Below, piece after piece: positions 15,744 through 30,459 of a stretch of DNA of 64,000 bases. Numbering within the stretch: position 1 is the first letter of the stretch; every line of letters starts with the position of its first letter. The stretch covers positions 51,460,001 through 51,524,000 of the forward strand of contig OZ024747.1 of the NCBI GenBank assembly GCA_964016885.1, in the 5' to 3' direction. The translations under genes were made by a program, and so were the position numbers. The stretch comes from Eledone cirrhosa. Its lineage: Eukaryota. The notes under the pieces were generated by a model. That model saw nothing but the letters and a program-made list of their open reading frames with translations, ran no database searches and was not told the DNA's origin.

Positions 15744-16140
15744 GTGATGATGGTGATGTTGATGATGATGATGGTGGTGATGATGATGATGGTGGTGATG
15801 ATGATGGTGGTGATGGTGGTGATGATGATGATGGTGGGGATGATGGTGCTGATGATAATGATGATGATGATGATGATGATGTTACTGGGATACGTAATAG
15901 CGTTTGTGGAACGGGCGCGAAGGTGATGATGCTGGTTAATTATAATGGTGGCGGTGGAGATGGTGGCAGTGGTGGATGTTGTGGGGATGATGATGGTGGG
16001 TGATGGTGATGAAGCAGTGGTGATGGTGGTACACGGGTGGGAATGGTAGTTGCGCGGCTGTGATGGTGGCTTCGATGGGGGATGGTGGTGGTCATGGTGA
16101 TGGAGTGGTGGTGAAGATGGTTGCGGTGGTGATGGTGGTA
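15500..16140. repeat. (GAT/GGT)n degenerate microsatellite
   Basis: Seen directly; it is the source of the poly-Asp and poly-Met ORFs. Confidence 0.9.
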
Positions 16141-16395
16141 TACGAAAGCAAATTATATTGCTATATTTTCATGGCTCCTTACAGATCTATCATATTATTT
16201 AAGTTTAATTAAATAAAGTTTAATTATATAAAATTAATTAATGTCGATATCATTCTATGTGATACATATTAGATTTTTGTTTATCATTGTTTATAAACTA
16301 TTTATATAAATGTATGGTTTATACATGAAACATAAACAAATATGTCAGAAACCAATATAAGCCGCAGAATACTCGCCCTAGCATTGAATGTTGAT

Positions 16396-16811
16396 CTTCT
16401 TCTTCTTCTTCTTCTTCTTCTTCTTCTTCTTCTTCTTCTTCTTCTTCTTCTTCTTCTTCTTCTTCTTCTTCTTCTTCTTCTTCTTCTTCTTCTTCTTCTT
16501 CTTCTCCTTATCCTCCTCCTCCTTCTTCTTCTTCTTCTTCTCCTTATCCTCCTCCTCCTTCTTCTTCTTCTTCTTCTTCTTCTTCTAAACACAACCCATT
16601 TTTTTTATTTCCAGGCAACGAGAAATAGTGTGAAAAAGAGTGACTGACGAAGAAATATAAAGGTAGGATCGCCAACTTATTCCTGAGAGAGCCGTGGGTG
16701 GCAGAGTCCTCAAACACCTCTTCCAGTGGGTCTTGTCAGAAGCAATCGTCTCCAACTGATCCGGCTGTCACCCCAAGCGAGACTGCCCAGGTGCATGGAT
16801 GTTATCCAACC
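16396..16811 (-). mobile_element. RTE-like LINE 3' end with (GAA)n tail, copy 2
   Basis: Near-identical to 7112-7451 and truncated at the same point (…GTTATCCAACCA). Confidence 0.7.
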
Positions 16812-16912
16812 AGCTTGTTTCAAATCTGGGGTAATATTGACATTTGTTGGGGCCCATTTTATGATTAGTTCCCATTTGGTGTGGCAAGTAACAGAATAGT
16901 TAACTTGACAAA

Positions 16913-19900
16913 CTGTGAAGTTCCATGAGATCATGTGACATACAACATTGTATAGTTGCATGAGATCATGTGACATACAACATTGTGTGGTCTCATGAGA
17001 TCATGTGACGTAAACCACTGTATAGTCTCATGAGATCATGTGACATCCAACATTGTATAGTCTCATGAGATCATGTGACATACAACATTGTGTGGTCTCA
17101 TGAGATCATGTGACATACAACATTGTGTGGTCTCATGAGATCATGTGACATACAACATTGTATAGTCTCATGAGATCATGTGACATACAACATTGTGTAG
17201 TCTCATGAGATCATGTGACATACAACATTGTGTGATCTAATGAGATCATGTGAAGTACAACATTGTATAGTCTCATGAGATCATGTGACATACAACATTG
17301 TGTGGTCTCATGAGATCATGTGACATACAACACTGTGTGGTCTCATGAGATCATGTGACATACAACATTGTATGGTCTCATGAGATCATGTGACGTACAA
17401 CATTGTGTGGTCTCATGAGATCATGTGACATACAACACTGTGTGGTCTCATGAGATCATGTGACATACAACATTGTATAGTTTCATGAGATCATGTGACA
17501 TACAACATTGTATAGTCTCATGAGATCATGTGACGTACAACATTGTGTGGTCTCATGAGATCATGTGACATACAACAGTGTGTGGTCTCATGAGATCATG
17601 TGACATACAACATTGTGTGATCTAATGAGATCATGTGAAGTACAACATTGTATAGTCTCATGAGATCATGTGACATACAACATTGTGTGGTCTCATGAGA
17701 TCATGTGACATACAACACTGTGTGGTCTCATGAGATCATGTGACATACAACATTGTATGGTCTCATGAGATCATGTGACGTACAACATTGTGTGGTCTCA
17801 TGAGATCATGTGACATACAACACTGTGTGGTCTCATGAGATCATGTGACATACAACATTGTATAGTTTCATGAGATCATGTGACATACAACATTGTATAG
17901 TCTCATGAGATCATGTGACATACAACAGTGTGTGGTCTCATGAGATCATGTGACGTACAACATTGTGTGGTCTCATGAGATCATGTGACATACAACAGTG
18001 TGTGGTCTCATGAGATCATGTGACATACAACATTGTGTGGTCTCATGAGATCATGTGACATACAACACTGTGTGGTCTCATGAGATCATGTGACATACAA
18101 CATTGTGTGGTCTCATGAGATCATGTGACATACAACATCGTGTGGTCTCATGAGATCATGTGACATACAACACTGTGTGGTCTCATGAGATCATGTGACA
18201 TACAACATCGTGTGGTCTCATGAGATCATGTGATATACAACACTGTGTGGTCTCATGAGATCATGTGACATACAACATCGTGTGGTCTCATGAGATCATG
18301 TGATATACAACACTGTGTGGTCTCATGAGATCATGTGACATACAACATTGTGTGGTCTCATGAGATCATGTGACATACAACATTGTATGGTCTCATGAGA
18401 TCATGTGACGTACAACATTGTGTGGTCTCATGAGATCATGTGACGTATAACACTGTGTGGTCTCATGAGATCATGTGACATACAACACTGTGTGGTCTCA
18501 TGAGATCATGTGACGTACAACATTGTGTGGTCTCATGAGATCATGTGACATACAACATTGTGTGGTCTCATGAGATCATGTGACATACAACATTGTGTGG
18601 TCTCATGAGATCATGTGACATACAACACTGCGTGGTCTCATGAGATCATGTGACGTAAAACACTGTATAGTCTCATGAGATCATGTGACATACAACATTG
18701 TGTGGTCTCATGAGATCATGTGACATACAACATTGTATAGTCTCATGAGAACATGTGACATACAACATTGTATAGTCTCATGAGATCATGTGACATACAA
18801 CATTGTATAGTCTCATGAGATCATGTGACATACAACACTGTATGGTCTCATGAGATCATGTGACATCCAACATTGTATAGTCTCATGAGATCATGTGACA
18901 TACAACATTGTGTGGTCTCATGAGATCATGTGACATCCAACATTATATAGTCTCATGAGATCATGTGACATACAACATTGTATAGTCTCATGAGATCATG
19001 TGACATACAACATTGTGTAGTCTCATGAGATCATGTGACATACAACATTGTATAGTCTCATGAGATCATGTGACATCCAACATTGTATAGTCTCATGAGA
19101 TCATGTGACATACAACACTGTATGGTCTCATGAGATCATGTGACATACAACATTGTATAGTCTCATGAGATCATGTGACATCCAACATTGTATAGTCTCA
19201 TGAGATCATGTGACATACAACATTGTATAGTCTCATGAGATCATGTGACATACAACATTGTATAGTCTCATGAGAACATGTGACATACAACATTGTATAG
19301 TCTCATGAGATCATGTGACATACAACACTGTATGGTCTCATGAGATCATGTGACATACAACATTGTATAGTCTCATGAGATCATGTGACATACAACATTG
19401 TATAGTCTCATGAGAACATGTGACATACAACATTGTATAGTCTCATGAGATCATGTGACATCCAACATTGTATAGTCTCATGAGATCATGTGACATACAA
19501 CATTGTATAGTCTCATGAGATCATGTGACATACAACATTGTATAGTCTCATGAGAACATGTGACATACAACATTGTATAGTCTCATGAGATCATGTGACA
19601 TACAACATTGTGTGGTCTCATGAGATCATGTGACATACAACATTGTGTGGTCTCATGAGATCATGTGACGTACAACATTGTATGGTTTCATGAGATCATG
19701 TGACATACAACATTGTGTGGTCTCATGAGATCATGTGACATACAACATTGTGTGGTCTCATGAGATCATGTGACATACAACATTGTGTGGTCTCATTAGA
19801 TCATGTGACATACAACACTGTATGGTCTCATGAGATCATGTGACATACAACATTGTGTGGTCTCATGAGATCATGTGACGTAAAACGCTGTATAGTCTCA

Positions 19901-20511
19901 TTAGATCATGTGACATACAACACTGTGTGGTCTCATGAGACCATGTGACATACAACATTTTATGGTCTCATGAGATCATGTGACATACAACATTGTATAG
20001 TCTCATGAGATCATGTGACATACAACATTGTATGGTCTCATGAGATCATGTGACATACAACACTGTATAGTCTCATGAGATCATGTGACATACAACATTG
20101 TATAGTCTCATGAGATCATGTGACATACAACATTGTGTGGTCTCATGAGATCATGTGACATATAATATTGTATGGTCTCATGAGATCATGTGACATACAA
20201 CATTGTGTGGTCTCATGAGATCATGTGACATACAACATTGTATGGTTTCATGACTCCATGTGACATACAACATTGTGTGGTCTCATGAGATCATGTGACA
20301 TACAACACTGTGTGGTCTCATGAGATCATGTGACATCCAACATTGTATGGTTTCATGACTCCATGTGACATACAACATTGTGTGGTCTCATGAGATCATG
20401 TGACATACAACACTGTGTGGTCTCATGAGATCATGTGACATACAACACTGTATGGTCTCATGAGATCATGTGACATCCAACATTGTATGGTTTCATGACT
20501 CCATGTGACAT
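16913..20511. repeat. 35-bp tandem satellite, about 100 copies (TCTCATGAGATCATGTGACATACAACATTGTGTGG)
   Basis: Unit read directly. Variants are TGTGG/TATAG/TATGG, with higher-order 385 bp and 140 bp periodicities. Confidence 0.97.
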
Positions 20512-21555
20512 GTTCCCCTTTTTATTATATACTAGACCACGTTCATTTCAAAATATTTTTTAAAAATCATGTTCACTTAAAAATAATTTTTAAATAATTA
20601 AAATATACACACATATATATATATAGAGTGAAATGAAACTGGAAGGCCCATATATATACCTGCGTGTATGTATATATATAAATGTGTGTGTGTGAATACA
20701 TATATACATATGTATGTGTGTGTATATATATATGTGTGTGGGTGTCTGTGTCACACTGGTCATAGACACACACACACTCATATATATATATACAAAACAA
20801 CTTCACCAGCTCTCACTCTCTCCCTCTCTCTCTCTCTCTCTCTCCCTCTCTCTCTCTCTCACTCTTCCATTCTTCTTCTCTGTCTCCTCCCCCACTCTCT
20901 ATGTCTCTATTTCAATCTACTCTCTCACAGCCAATCTCTTTTTATCTCTTTCTCTGTTTATGAAGTTACCCAGAAAAAAACCCCTTAACTTGTTTTATTC
21001 CATTTGTATTCCCATTTCAGGGTTAACTTCCTTTCAAAGTATTTTCCCATTATGCGCCCTTTTGGCTGTATTACATTACAGACAAGCAAGCAAGCAAGCA
21101 AGCACAGAGTTTTAGTAATATATACATATAGTCGCACACGCCTTTCACTACATAAACTTACATTCATGCAGGCACATACTTACATCCCACTAAGCACACC
21201 TACATTCACGCACACACATGCAAATATCATACTCTTTTCCCAGAGATTTCACAACGCCCGCGCTCGAAATTTTAAAGTTTTTTTATTACATTTAACTTAC
21301 ATTTAACTTCCTAATAAATCATCTCCGATCGATCTTTTAAAACCCTCAGAGGGATAAACCCTTGATAATGGGTTTTTAAACCCGAAAATATTTGAGATTA
21401 TTAAATTTGCTATGGTAAGATTCTATTATTATCTTGGTACATTTAATTGTCTAATGCATTGTATGGTTTTCAAAGTTATTTAAATTTATATTTCTTATTC
21501 AACAATGCTTCAAGCAAACTACGACACTCTGATATATATATATATATATATATAT

Positions 21556-21685
21556 GTGAGAAACATCAACAAGGAAAGCAACACGGTGGAGCAATGCAAT
21601 GACAATATATATTAATTTGACGCTTGATATAATAGAAAAGATACTTAACGTCTCAAACGTTACTCCTTCATCGAAAGTAGGATGA
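21556..21685 (-). mobile_element. Degenerate PLE pLTR/hammerhead remnant
   Basis: The minus strand reads CGATGAAGGAGTAACGTTTGAGACGTTAAG...TATCAAGCGTCAAATTAATATA, the same family as 31075-31200. It ends at (TA)n. Confidence 0.4.
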
Positions 21686-22223
21686 AATATAGTAGAAGAT
21701 ACAAGAGAGTTGGACAAGCGAACAAAAACAAAGAAAAGGGAAAGAAAAACATTTTTCTTCATTGGCGGCAAAATATATGTATTCAGTCAGCCATTTTGGA
21801 ATTAAGCAGACACACAGTACTTTGAACTCACACTATATAAGTACAAGGTGGAGAAATAAAAAAAGCACAAGAATGATATAAGTATATAAACAGATTGCAC
21901 ACATGCCCAGAAGATAAAAGATCTACTTCAGTAGATAGAGAATGTCTGCTGATAGAGTTGGATCATATGTGTGCTACATATTTGATGGACACTAGCTAAA
22001 GGACGTATTTTGATGCCAGTTGAGCTTCTTCTTACGTAGACATAGCCATCCTACAGCTTCTATTATAAAACAACAAGTGCAACAATTGTATGTGTGGATG
22101 TTTCACTACTTAATATCTAATTTCACAGACATATTTGAGGGTATATGTAGAAATATTCAGAACGTATACAAGTATTGTTACACACACGTTCACATGTATA
22201 TATTATAAAATATTTACACAGAA

Positions 22224-22316
<93 letters not shown>

Positions 22317-22334
22317 CATATATATATATGTTTG

Positions 22335-22428
<94 letters not shown>

Positions 22429-22429
<1 letters not shown>

Positions 22430-23434
22430 TAGCAGCAGTACCCGGCGTTGCCTGGGTAGATAAAATAATATCTGCTTTGATGAAAAGGTGTTGATCTTAG
22501 CGACTGCTTCTCGATGAATCATCATATGGCCACACACAGGCCATGCGGTGGAGGGTGGTGATGACCTCTATCACTGAGAGACGCGGGGGACTGACGAAGG
22601 GGCATGCTGCGGGAGGGAAGTAATAACCTCTAACACTAAGCCAAATTTCCTCACGCTACTTGATTGGAAACCGATGAATTCTCAAATACACAACTAAAAG
22701 CTCAGACGACGTCAGTAGCCATCGTTTTGCCTTTAACCATCTACAAGATGTGCAATGATAGGTTCTATCGTAGTATAAAAGTTGAATCAAATAAATTGAT
22801 GTATGTGTGAGGTGGAGCCGAAGTCTCGAATTTGAACGAAATCGGTTAAAAAATGTGGGAGCTAGAGTTGAAAATGCGGAAATTTGAGAGAAAAGGTGGG
22901 ATTTTCGAATATTTAAAGCGGCTGCCACGCCGTTACTGAACAAAAAAATCCCAAATGTAAAGCCACTTTAAGGCGTGAAATAATCAGATCTAGCGTAGTA
23001 TAAAATTTGAACAAAGTAGGTTGATTAATGTGGGAGCTAGAGCCAAAAAAATTTGAGTCTAAAAGTGTAATTTTTGAAAATTTAAGCGGCTGCTACGCCG
23101 TCCCTGAACAACAAATGCAAAACATAAAGCCATTACATGATGTGTAATGATAAATTCTATTTTGCTTTAAAATTTGAACGAAATCGGTCGCAAAATGTGG
23201 GAGTTAGAGCCAAAAATCTAATTTTTCGATACCTAATAACAGGTGACCCCCTATCGATTTTTATCAGAATGACCCCGGAATAAAAAAAAACGATACGCTG
23301 ATATATAGAAAACACTCCCCGATTAGGAATCTATGAGCCTGTAAAGTTTCATGAAAATCAGTCGTAAGATGTAGGCCCCTATAGGTAATACAAAGACACA
23401 CACACACACATACTTAATTTTATATATATACAGA
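22429..23434 (-). mobile_element. Non-autonomous Helitron
   Basis: The minus strand begins TC(TGTATATATATAAAA..(GT)n) and ends with hairpin ACCCAGGCAACGCCGGGT + ACTGCTG CTAG. It is inserted between A and T with no TSD. Internal ~170-bp subrepeats contain AATGTGGGAGCTAGAG. Confidence 0.8.
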
Positions 23435-23490
23435 TATATACATATACATTTGTACATATACATATATGTATATATATATATATATATATT

Positions 23491-23570
<80 letters not shown>

Positions 23571-23595
23571 GAAACTATGATTATAAAACCATATT

Positions 23596-23661
23596 TATTT
23601 TATTATACATATTTCAAGGGCAACCAAGACAAATTATGGTGCGCTTTCATCAGATAAAATA
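23596..23661 (-). ncRNA. Type I hammerhead ribozyme (inverted pLTR)
   Basis: Reverse complement of 25501-25566, with an intact core. Confidence 0.75.
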
Positions 23662-25500
23662 CAGATTTGTTTTATAAATAAATATTGACATACCCGGAAA
23701 AAGGACAACGTTAACGGTAGCAGATTCCTGGATAGTTGAGATAGTACATTTATTGAGGGTGATTGAGGTGATTTATGAGTGAGTATGCAAATGAGTGTCC
23801 GAAAGTTTGAAAAGATAACGGTTTATTTAAATTAAACTGTTCGAAGAAGATGATATGTAAGGGAGAGAGAAAAAAAAAAGAAAAATAGAAAAAAGAAAGG
23901 AGAAAGATAGAAGAGGAAAGAAAGAACGATTATATATATTGATAGTGAAAATAGAGTGCATGAAGAGATGAGTTTCAAAGGGTAAATATACACAGCGTAT
24001 GTATATCTAAGTGAGGGAAGAAATGAGATTAACGTGGAAGAATAATATTTATAATGCAGGTTTCATTACGTTTTGATTATAATACTTATAATGATAGGTT
24101 GAAAAATTAGATTAAAATTAAATTAAAATAAAAAATTAGGAATCAAAATTAAAGATTAAAATTTACGCTAATATTAAAGATTTAATTTAATAATTTAATA
24201 TTAATAATTAGTTTAAATGTGTATGTTAAGGATTATAAGTTATTTAAATAAATATATAGTATTTTACATTAGGGCAAATCTAGTATAGTTTATTTTATTA
24301 AAAGTTGTAAGTCAAAATTTAAACATCCAAATAATTATAAAGTTATGAAAAATTTACGTGAGTTTACAAAGGAATAACCACTTAGTTATATTATAAAAAC
24401 AGTAAGGAAGTGTAAAGGAAGTTAGAAGTGATTTTTTAAGAACTCAGATGACTCTAAGGATTAAATGTTATAAATTAAAAAGTTAAAAATTTGTTATCTT
24501 AAGAATATAATTAAAACATGAACTATATGTTATTTTATACGAAGTCATAAATTTACTTGCTATAAATTTAAACTTTTAAAAAAAATTTGTTAAGAATATA
24601 TTTAAAGCATAAACCATAGGTTATTCCACATATATATAAAAAAACCTATATATAAAAATCATATGTTTTTCCACATATATATAAACATTTGGATATATAT
24701 ATATTAAACACGTTTGAAGATATAAAAATATAAAAATATTGGAAGGTATGAAAATAATGGTTTTTCTATATCTTTCAAAGGAATTTTCAAAAGATTTTTC
24801 TTAAAATCTTCCGTAAGTTTTTCAAGAAAACATTTTTCTTAAAGGAGTTTCAAGCAGTCATATAACACATTTTTATAATCTATCGATAGGTGTAATAATA
24901 TAAAGTATATAGTATATATATGTGAAGTAGAGATAATAACATACACATTTAAACTAATTATTAATATTAAATTATTAAATTAAATCTTTAATATTAAGGT
25001 AAATTTTAATCTTTAATTTTGATTTCTTGTTTTTAATTTTAATTTACTTTTAATCTAATTTTTCAACCTATCGTTGTAAGTATTATAATCAAACCGTAAT
25101 GAATCCTGCATTCTAAATATTATTCTTCCACGTTAATCTCATTTCTTCTCTCACTTAGATATACTTACGCTGTGTATATTTATCCTTTGAAACTCATCTC
25201 TTCATGCACTCTATTTTCACTATCAATATATATAATCGTTCTTTCTTTCCTCTTCTATCTTTCTCCTTTCTTTTTTCTTTTTTTCTTTTTTTTTCTCTCT
25301 CCCTTACATATCATCTTCTTCCAACAGTTTAATTTAAATAAACCGTTATCTTTTCAAACTTTAGGACACTCATTTGCATACTCACTCATAATTTTGTATC
25401 ACCCTAAATAAATGTAGTATCTCCACTATCCAGGAAGCTCCAACCGTTAAGGTTGTCTTTTTTTCCAGGTATGTCAATATTTATATATAAAACAAATCTG

Positions 25501-25566
25501 TATTTTATCTGATGAAAGCGCACCATAATTTGCCTTGGTTGCCCTTGAAATATGTATAATAAAATA
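25501..25566 (+). ncRNA. Type I hammerhead ribozyme (PLE pLTR)
   Basis: TATTTTAT-CTGATGA-stem II(AAGCGCACCA..TGGTTGCCCTT)-GAAA-TATGTA-TA-ATAAAATA. Confidence 0.8.
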
Positions 25567-25682
25567 AATATGGTTTTATAAATATAGTTTCCATTTATTA
25601 ATATATTGTGTATTTACTCCACTAACTTTCAGTTATAAAAATGTTTCAGCTTGTTGAATCCCAACAAGTGAAATATAACCTC

Positions 25683-25730
<48 letters not shown>

Positions 25731-25731
25731 A

Positions 25732-25770
<39 letters not shown>

Positions 25771-26183
25771 AAGATATATATATATATATATATATATACA
25801 TAAAGATATATGTATATATATAAATATATTTAATGTATAATAAACAACACAGTATAATTACCTCATTACCCGAGGTATCCCGAATAGGTCGAACACAAGA
25901 GACGTCAGATGAAGCAATATAACATAGTGAGATATTTGAAAAAAGCTCACCAAGAGAGGCTAAAATGTTTAACGGACAAAAAATATAAATAAAAGTAATA
26001 AGACAAAAAATATATGAAATAAAAATAAAGAAATATAGTGAGATGATGTGTGTATATGTACATACATATGCACATGTGTGTATATGTACATACACATGTA
26101 CATATGTACATGTGTGTATATGTACAACTGCATGTGTCTAGTGAAAATATGTATGCGTAAGTACATGCATGAGGACAAATATA

Positions 26184-26260
<77 letters not shown>

Positions 26261-26350
26261 GATAGATATATTCATATATATATATAAACATATATACATA
26301 TATACATATATATATATATACACATATATATATATATACACATATATACT

Positions 26351-26427
<77 letters not shown>

Positions 26428-26433
26428 ATATGC

Positions 26434-26502
<69 letters not shown>

Positions 26503-26507
<5 letters not shown>

Positions 26508-26652
26508 ATAAATTTGAAGACTAAAATCCAAAGAGGGCTCGATAAGTATAAACATATCTCAAATATATAAGAACCGTAGAGCAAATATTTATTAACATAA
26601 CAGATTAAAGTTTAAGCAAAGAATCGCTGCTTTCACCCTTAACGGGATCAGA

Positions 26653-26655
<3 letters not shown>
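26503..26655 (-). mobile_element. Short TA-flanked pLTR remnant; rearranged relative at 60773-60892
   Basis: Shares CAGATTAAAGTTTAAGCAAAGAATCGCTGCTTTCACCCTTAACGGGATC and GAAGACTAAAATCCAAAGAGGGCTCGATAAG blocks with 60773-60892. The minus strand has a partial hammerhead (CCCGTTAAGGG-TGAAA-GC..GC-TT). Confidence 0.5.
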
Positions 26656-26714
<59 letters not shown>

Positions 26715-26868
26715 TTATTTACATATACATATATACATATATATATATATATACATATATATATTTACATACATACATATATCTACATACATATATATAT
26801 GTATATATTTATTTATATATACATATATACGCACACATATATATATATATATATACATATATATATTT

Positions 26869-28971
26869 ACCTTAAAACACAACTTATAGCAAAATGTTTA
26901 TAGATAAAATCGAACAAGTCGTTAGAAGAATGAGATGGAAAGCAATGGTTTACGATGGACTATTCAGTGCTGATACTAATGATTGTTTTGACATAAAATC
27001 CCGTAAATATCCATCTAGAATTAAAGACATGGCCAACTTCGAATTAGACCTTGTTAATCTAATTAGTGATATCAAATTTCGTAAGTACAATAATAACTTT
27101 CAAACTAAACTATCTCACGATATTTCTAATTTTAGAAATTCTACAAACACTTTTGTTCTTTCTGATAAAACTAAAAATCTCTTTGAAGTTAATAGTACTT
27201 TGTATAACCAACTTTTAACTAATAGTATTACCAACAAATATCAATTAACTAATAATAATACCTACAATACTATCAATAAAGAAGCTAAAGAACTAGCTAG
27301 TTCTTTAAAAATAGACAACCGGATTGAAAGCCTAGCTAAGCGTAAAGTATATATTACCCTTAAAGACCATAAATTGGACTTAACTAATCGACCTAGTTGT
27401 AGACTGATTAACCCGGCTAAATCCGAAGTTGGCCTTGCAAGTAAAAAAATCTTAAGAAAAATAATTCTCAAAATTAGAACTAACACTGCCCTATCACAGT
27501 GGCTAAATACTTCCTCTGTTATTTCTTGGTTTAATAATATACAAGGTAAAAATAAGTGTAGATTTACCCAATTTGATATTGTTGATTTTTACCCCTCTAT
27601 TACTGTTTCCTTATTAACTAATGCCTTAGATTTTGCAAGACCCTTCATTAATATTTCTAAATTAGAAGAAGACAATATCTTTCATGCTAGAAAAACTTTA
27701 CTCTTTACTAATGAAAATATTTGGGTTAAAAAGTCAAACCCTGAAAACTCTTTTGATATTGCAATGGGTTCATATGACAGTGCGGATGTGTGACTTAGTA
27801 GAATTATTCCTTCTCCACACCCTCAAAGAGAAATTTCCTTCCCATAATATCGGTTTATACCGTGATGACGGATTGGCAGTTTCTCATACCACCAACGGTC
27901 ATAACCTTGATAAATTCCGTAAAGATTTAATCAATACTTTTGCTAATCTTAACCTTAAAATCACTATAGATACGAACCTTACCAATGCTAACTTTCTTGA
28001 TATTAATCTTGATCTACTTACCGCCTCTTTTAAACCCTATCATAAACCTAATGAAAATCTTAGGTATATATACAAAGAGTCTTGCCATCCCCCTATAGTT
28101 TTTAATAATCTTATTCCTAACATTAGCCGTAGGATTTCTACCTTATATTCGTCTATAGACATTTTTAATAAAGCCGCCCCTTATTATAATAAAGCCCTTA
28201 AGAACAGCGGTTTTACAGAAAATTTTTTTTATTTATCTACTCCCCCCCCCCCCCCCCCCCAAAAAAAAAATTAACCACAATAACAGGAAAAGGAAAATTA
28301 TTTGTTTCACACCCCACTTCTCTCTAACTGTCAAAACTAATGTAGGAAGGAAATTCCTTGAACTCTTAGACAAATATTTTCCTCCTAATCATAGATATTA
28401 TAAGATATTTAATAGGAACGTAGTTAAGATCAGTTACTCTTGTTGCCCATCTATGAAGTCCAAGATCACTAGTTCAAATCATACGAGAACAAATCCAGGA
28501 TGCAGTTGCAGGCAGCCGGATGAATGCCCATTGCAGGGTAAATGTAACACCAAATCTGTTGTTTATGAGGCTAAAATAACACCGGTAATCAACAACCAGC
28601 CAGCCAGGAGTGAGCGATATGTCGATATGACCCAGGACAGGATTAAAACCAGATTTTACACACATGTCGCTTCTTTTAAGCACTCCGATAAACGAACATC
28701 AACGGCCCTCGCAAGTAAGGTGTGGGAATTCAAGGATAGTAACATCCCGTACTCTATCGATTGGTCTATTTTAGACCATTCGAGGGAGTACCAAAGGGGC
28801 ACAAAGAATCGTTCTTTGTGTACCACAGAAACATATAGGATTTTGCTAAACTTGAGAGCCACTTCTGCTTGCCTAAACTCAAAGACTGAGATCTTCAGAT
28901 GTTGTCCTCATCTGAAATCACATCTGATCTGTAACTGGATTGACACTCCTATGATAAATCAACAGCCTTGA
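26869..28971 (+). pseudogene. Near full-length Naiad-like Penelope ORF (RT + GIY-YIG), two frameshifts
   Basis: Motifs RRMRWKA, SDKTKNL, ITLKDHK, RLINPAKSE, QFDIVDFYPSI, MGSYDSA, LYRDDG, CSCRQPDECPLQGKC, VVYEA...YVDMT and RCCPH. Frameshifts at about 27790 and at the C/A homopolymer near 28260. Confidence 0.92.
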
Positions 28972-29219
28972 ACTCCTTCTCTGCTCTTTACTTCTGCGAC
29001 GGTTTCTTTTTATTTGCTGAATCCATGTTCTGTACTCTTGTTTCCTTTTTCTCCCTTATCTCCCCTTATATTTCACCTTTTCCTATGTCTCCCCCTCCCC
29101 ATATATTCTTTTTGCCTTACCCTTCACATACCAAAATGTATGTGTATGTATGTGTATGTGTATATATATATATATATATGTGTGTGTATGTATATATATA
29201 TGTAGATAGACCAGGTTTT

Positions 29220-29280
29220 TTTCATTCTGATGATTGAAGGCAACATTTTTTTGCTTTTAAGAAACCACTGGTGAATGGAA
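29220..29280 (+). ncRNA. Hammerhead ribozyme (cleavage triplet GUG, likely inactive)
   Basis: TTCATT-CTGATGA-TTGAAGGCAA..TTGCTTTTAA-GAAA-CCACTGG-TG-AATGGA. Confidence 0.7.
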
Positions 29281-29377
29281 TAGTTGCCTTATGTTGTTTA
29301 TTGCATTACTACTATATATATATGTATGTATAACGTTCATATGAATTATCTAAGATTGAGTTTTACACACACACATA

Positions 29378-29415
<38 letters not shown>

Positions 29416-29542
29416 CGTGTGCGTGTTTGTATTTGGTTGTGCGTGTTTGTGATATGTACGTATTTGTATGTGTATAATTGTATAGCTATGTATGTATGTG
29501 TGTGTGTATGTATATATATGTGTGTGTATGTGTGTGTGTATT

Positions 29543-29583
<41 letters not shown>

Positions 29584-29624
29584 GTATGTATATATGTATA
29601 TATATGTATGTGTATGTGTGTGTG

Positions 29625-29657
<33 letters not shown>

Positions 29658-30459
29658 TTGTGTATGTATTTGTGTATGTGTATGTATGTGTTTATGTATT
29701 TGTATATGTATATTTATGTGTGAAAGTGTGCGTATGTATTTACTTTTTCGTACGTATGTGTACGTGCATTTGTGTGTATTGCTTACCATGCGTGTCTGTT
29801 CATCTACTAGTCGCTTGTATCACTGTCAACTGTTTATTATTTTATTTTTTATATATATTTTTTTATATATATTTTTCTTATATTTATTTGCGTGTGTGAA
29901 TATGTAGAGGTGTGTATATTTTTCTAAATTTGTACATGCATATGTACGCATTTATGTATGTGTATGTATGTACGTGTGTATATAGGTATGATTGTGTGCA
30001 TGTATGTATGTATGTATATGTATGTGTGTATGGCTATGTATGTGTATGTGTATGCATGTATATATATATATATATATATGTATATACATATATATATATT
30101 TATATTTCTGTATATATATGTGTGTATATATGTGTGTGTGGTTGTATATATGTATGTGTATGTATGGATGTGTTGATATTTATGTGTGTATGTATGTGTA
30201 TATGTATGTGTATGTATGTATTTATATACACATATAGGTGTATATATGTGTGTGTATCTATGAGTGTATGTATATATATATATATATATATATATGCGTG
30301 TGTATGTATGCTTTTGTGTGTGTGTGTGTGCGTTTGTGTGTGTGTTTGCATGTGTGGTTTTATTTTATTTTTCCTTTCCTTCTTCTTTCTCCAGCCTCAC
30401 TTTCATATAGATTGCATTTTTGTTTTTAAAATCCAAATTCAATAAACAGACCAGGATTT

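Larger units (their letters stand above)
23570..25685 (+). mobile_element. Non-coding Penelope-like element with ~650-bp inverted arms
   Basis: 23570-24228 is the reverse complement of 24937-25595. The pLTR is homologous to that of the coding element 36234-39610. Flanked by (TA)n. Confidence 0.85.

Noticed and set aside
16913-20511. CRISPR-like array
   Set aside because: The units are contiguous with no unique spacers, there are no cas genes, and the context is eukaryotic.
21355-21400. Possible hammerhead (TTGATAAT-GGGTTT..AAACCC-GAAA)
   Set aside because: Too many core mismatches to call; the same applies to 54625-54720.
23570-25595. DNA transposon or MITE with long TIRs
   Set aside because: The arms are asymmetric (one-sided tail) and homologous to pLTRs of RT-encoding PLEs, and no transposase is present.
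27785-27800. Selenocysteine UGA at the conserved Cys position of the Naiad RT (known in some Naiads)
   Set aside because: Read-through alone does not restore the frame; a 2-nt deletion is needed. Loss of GT from GTGTGTGAC is the simplest explanation, although GTGTGAGAC cannot be excluded. Other Cys codons are normal and no SECIS was recognised.
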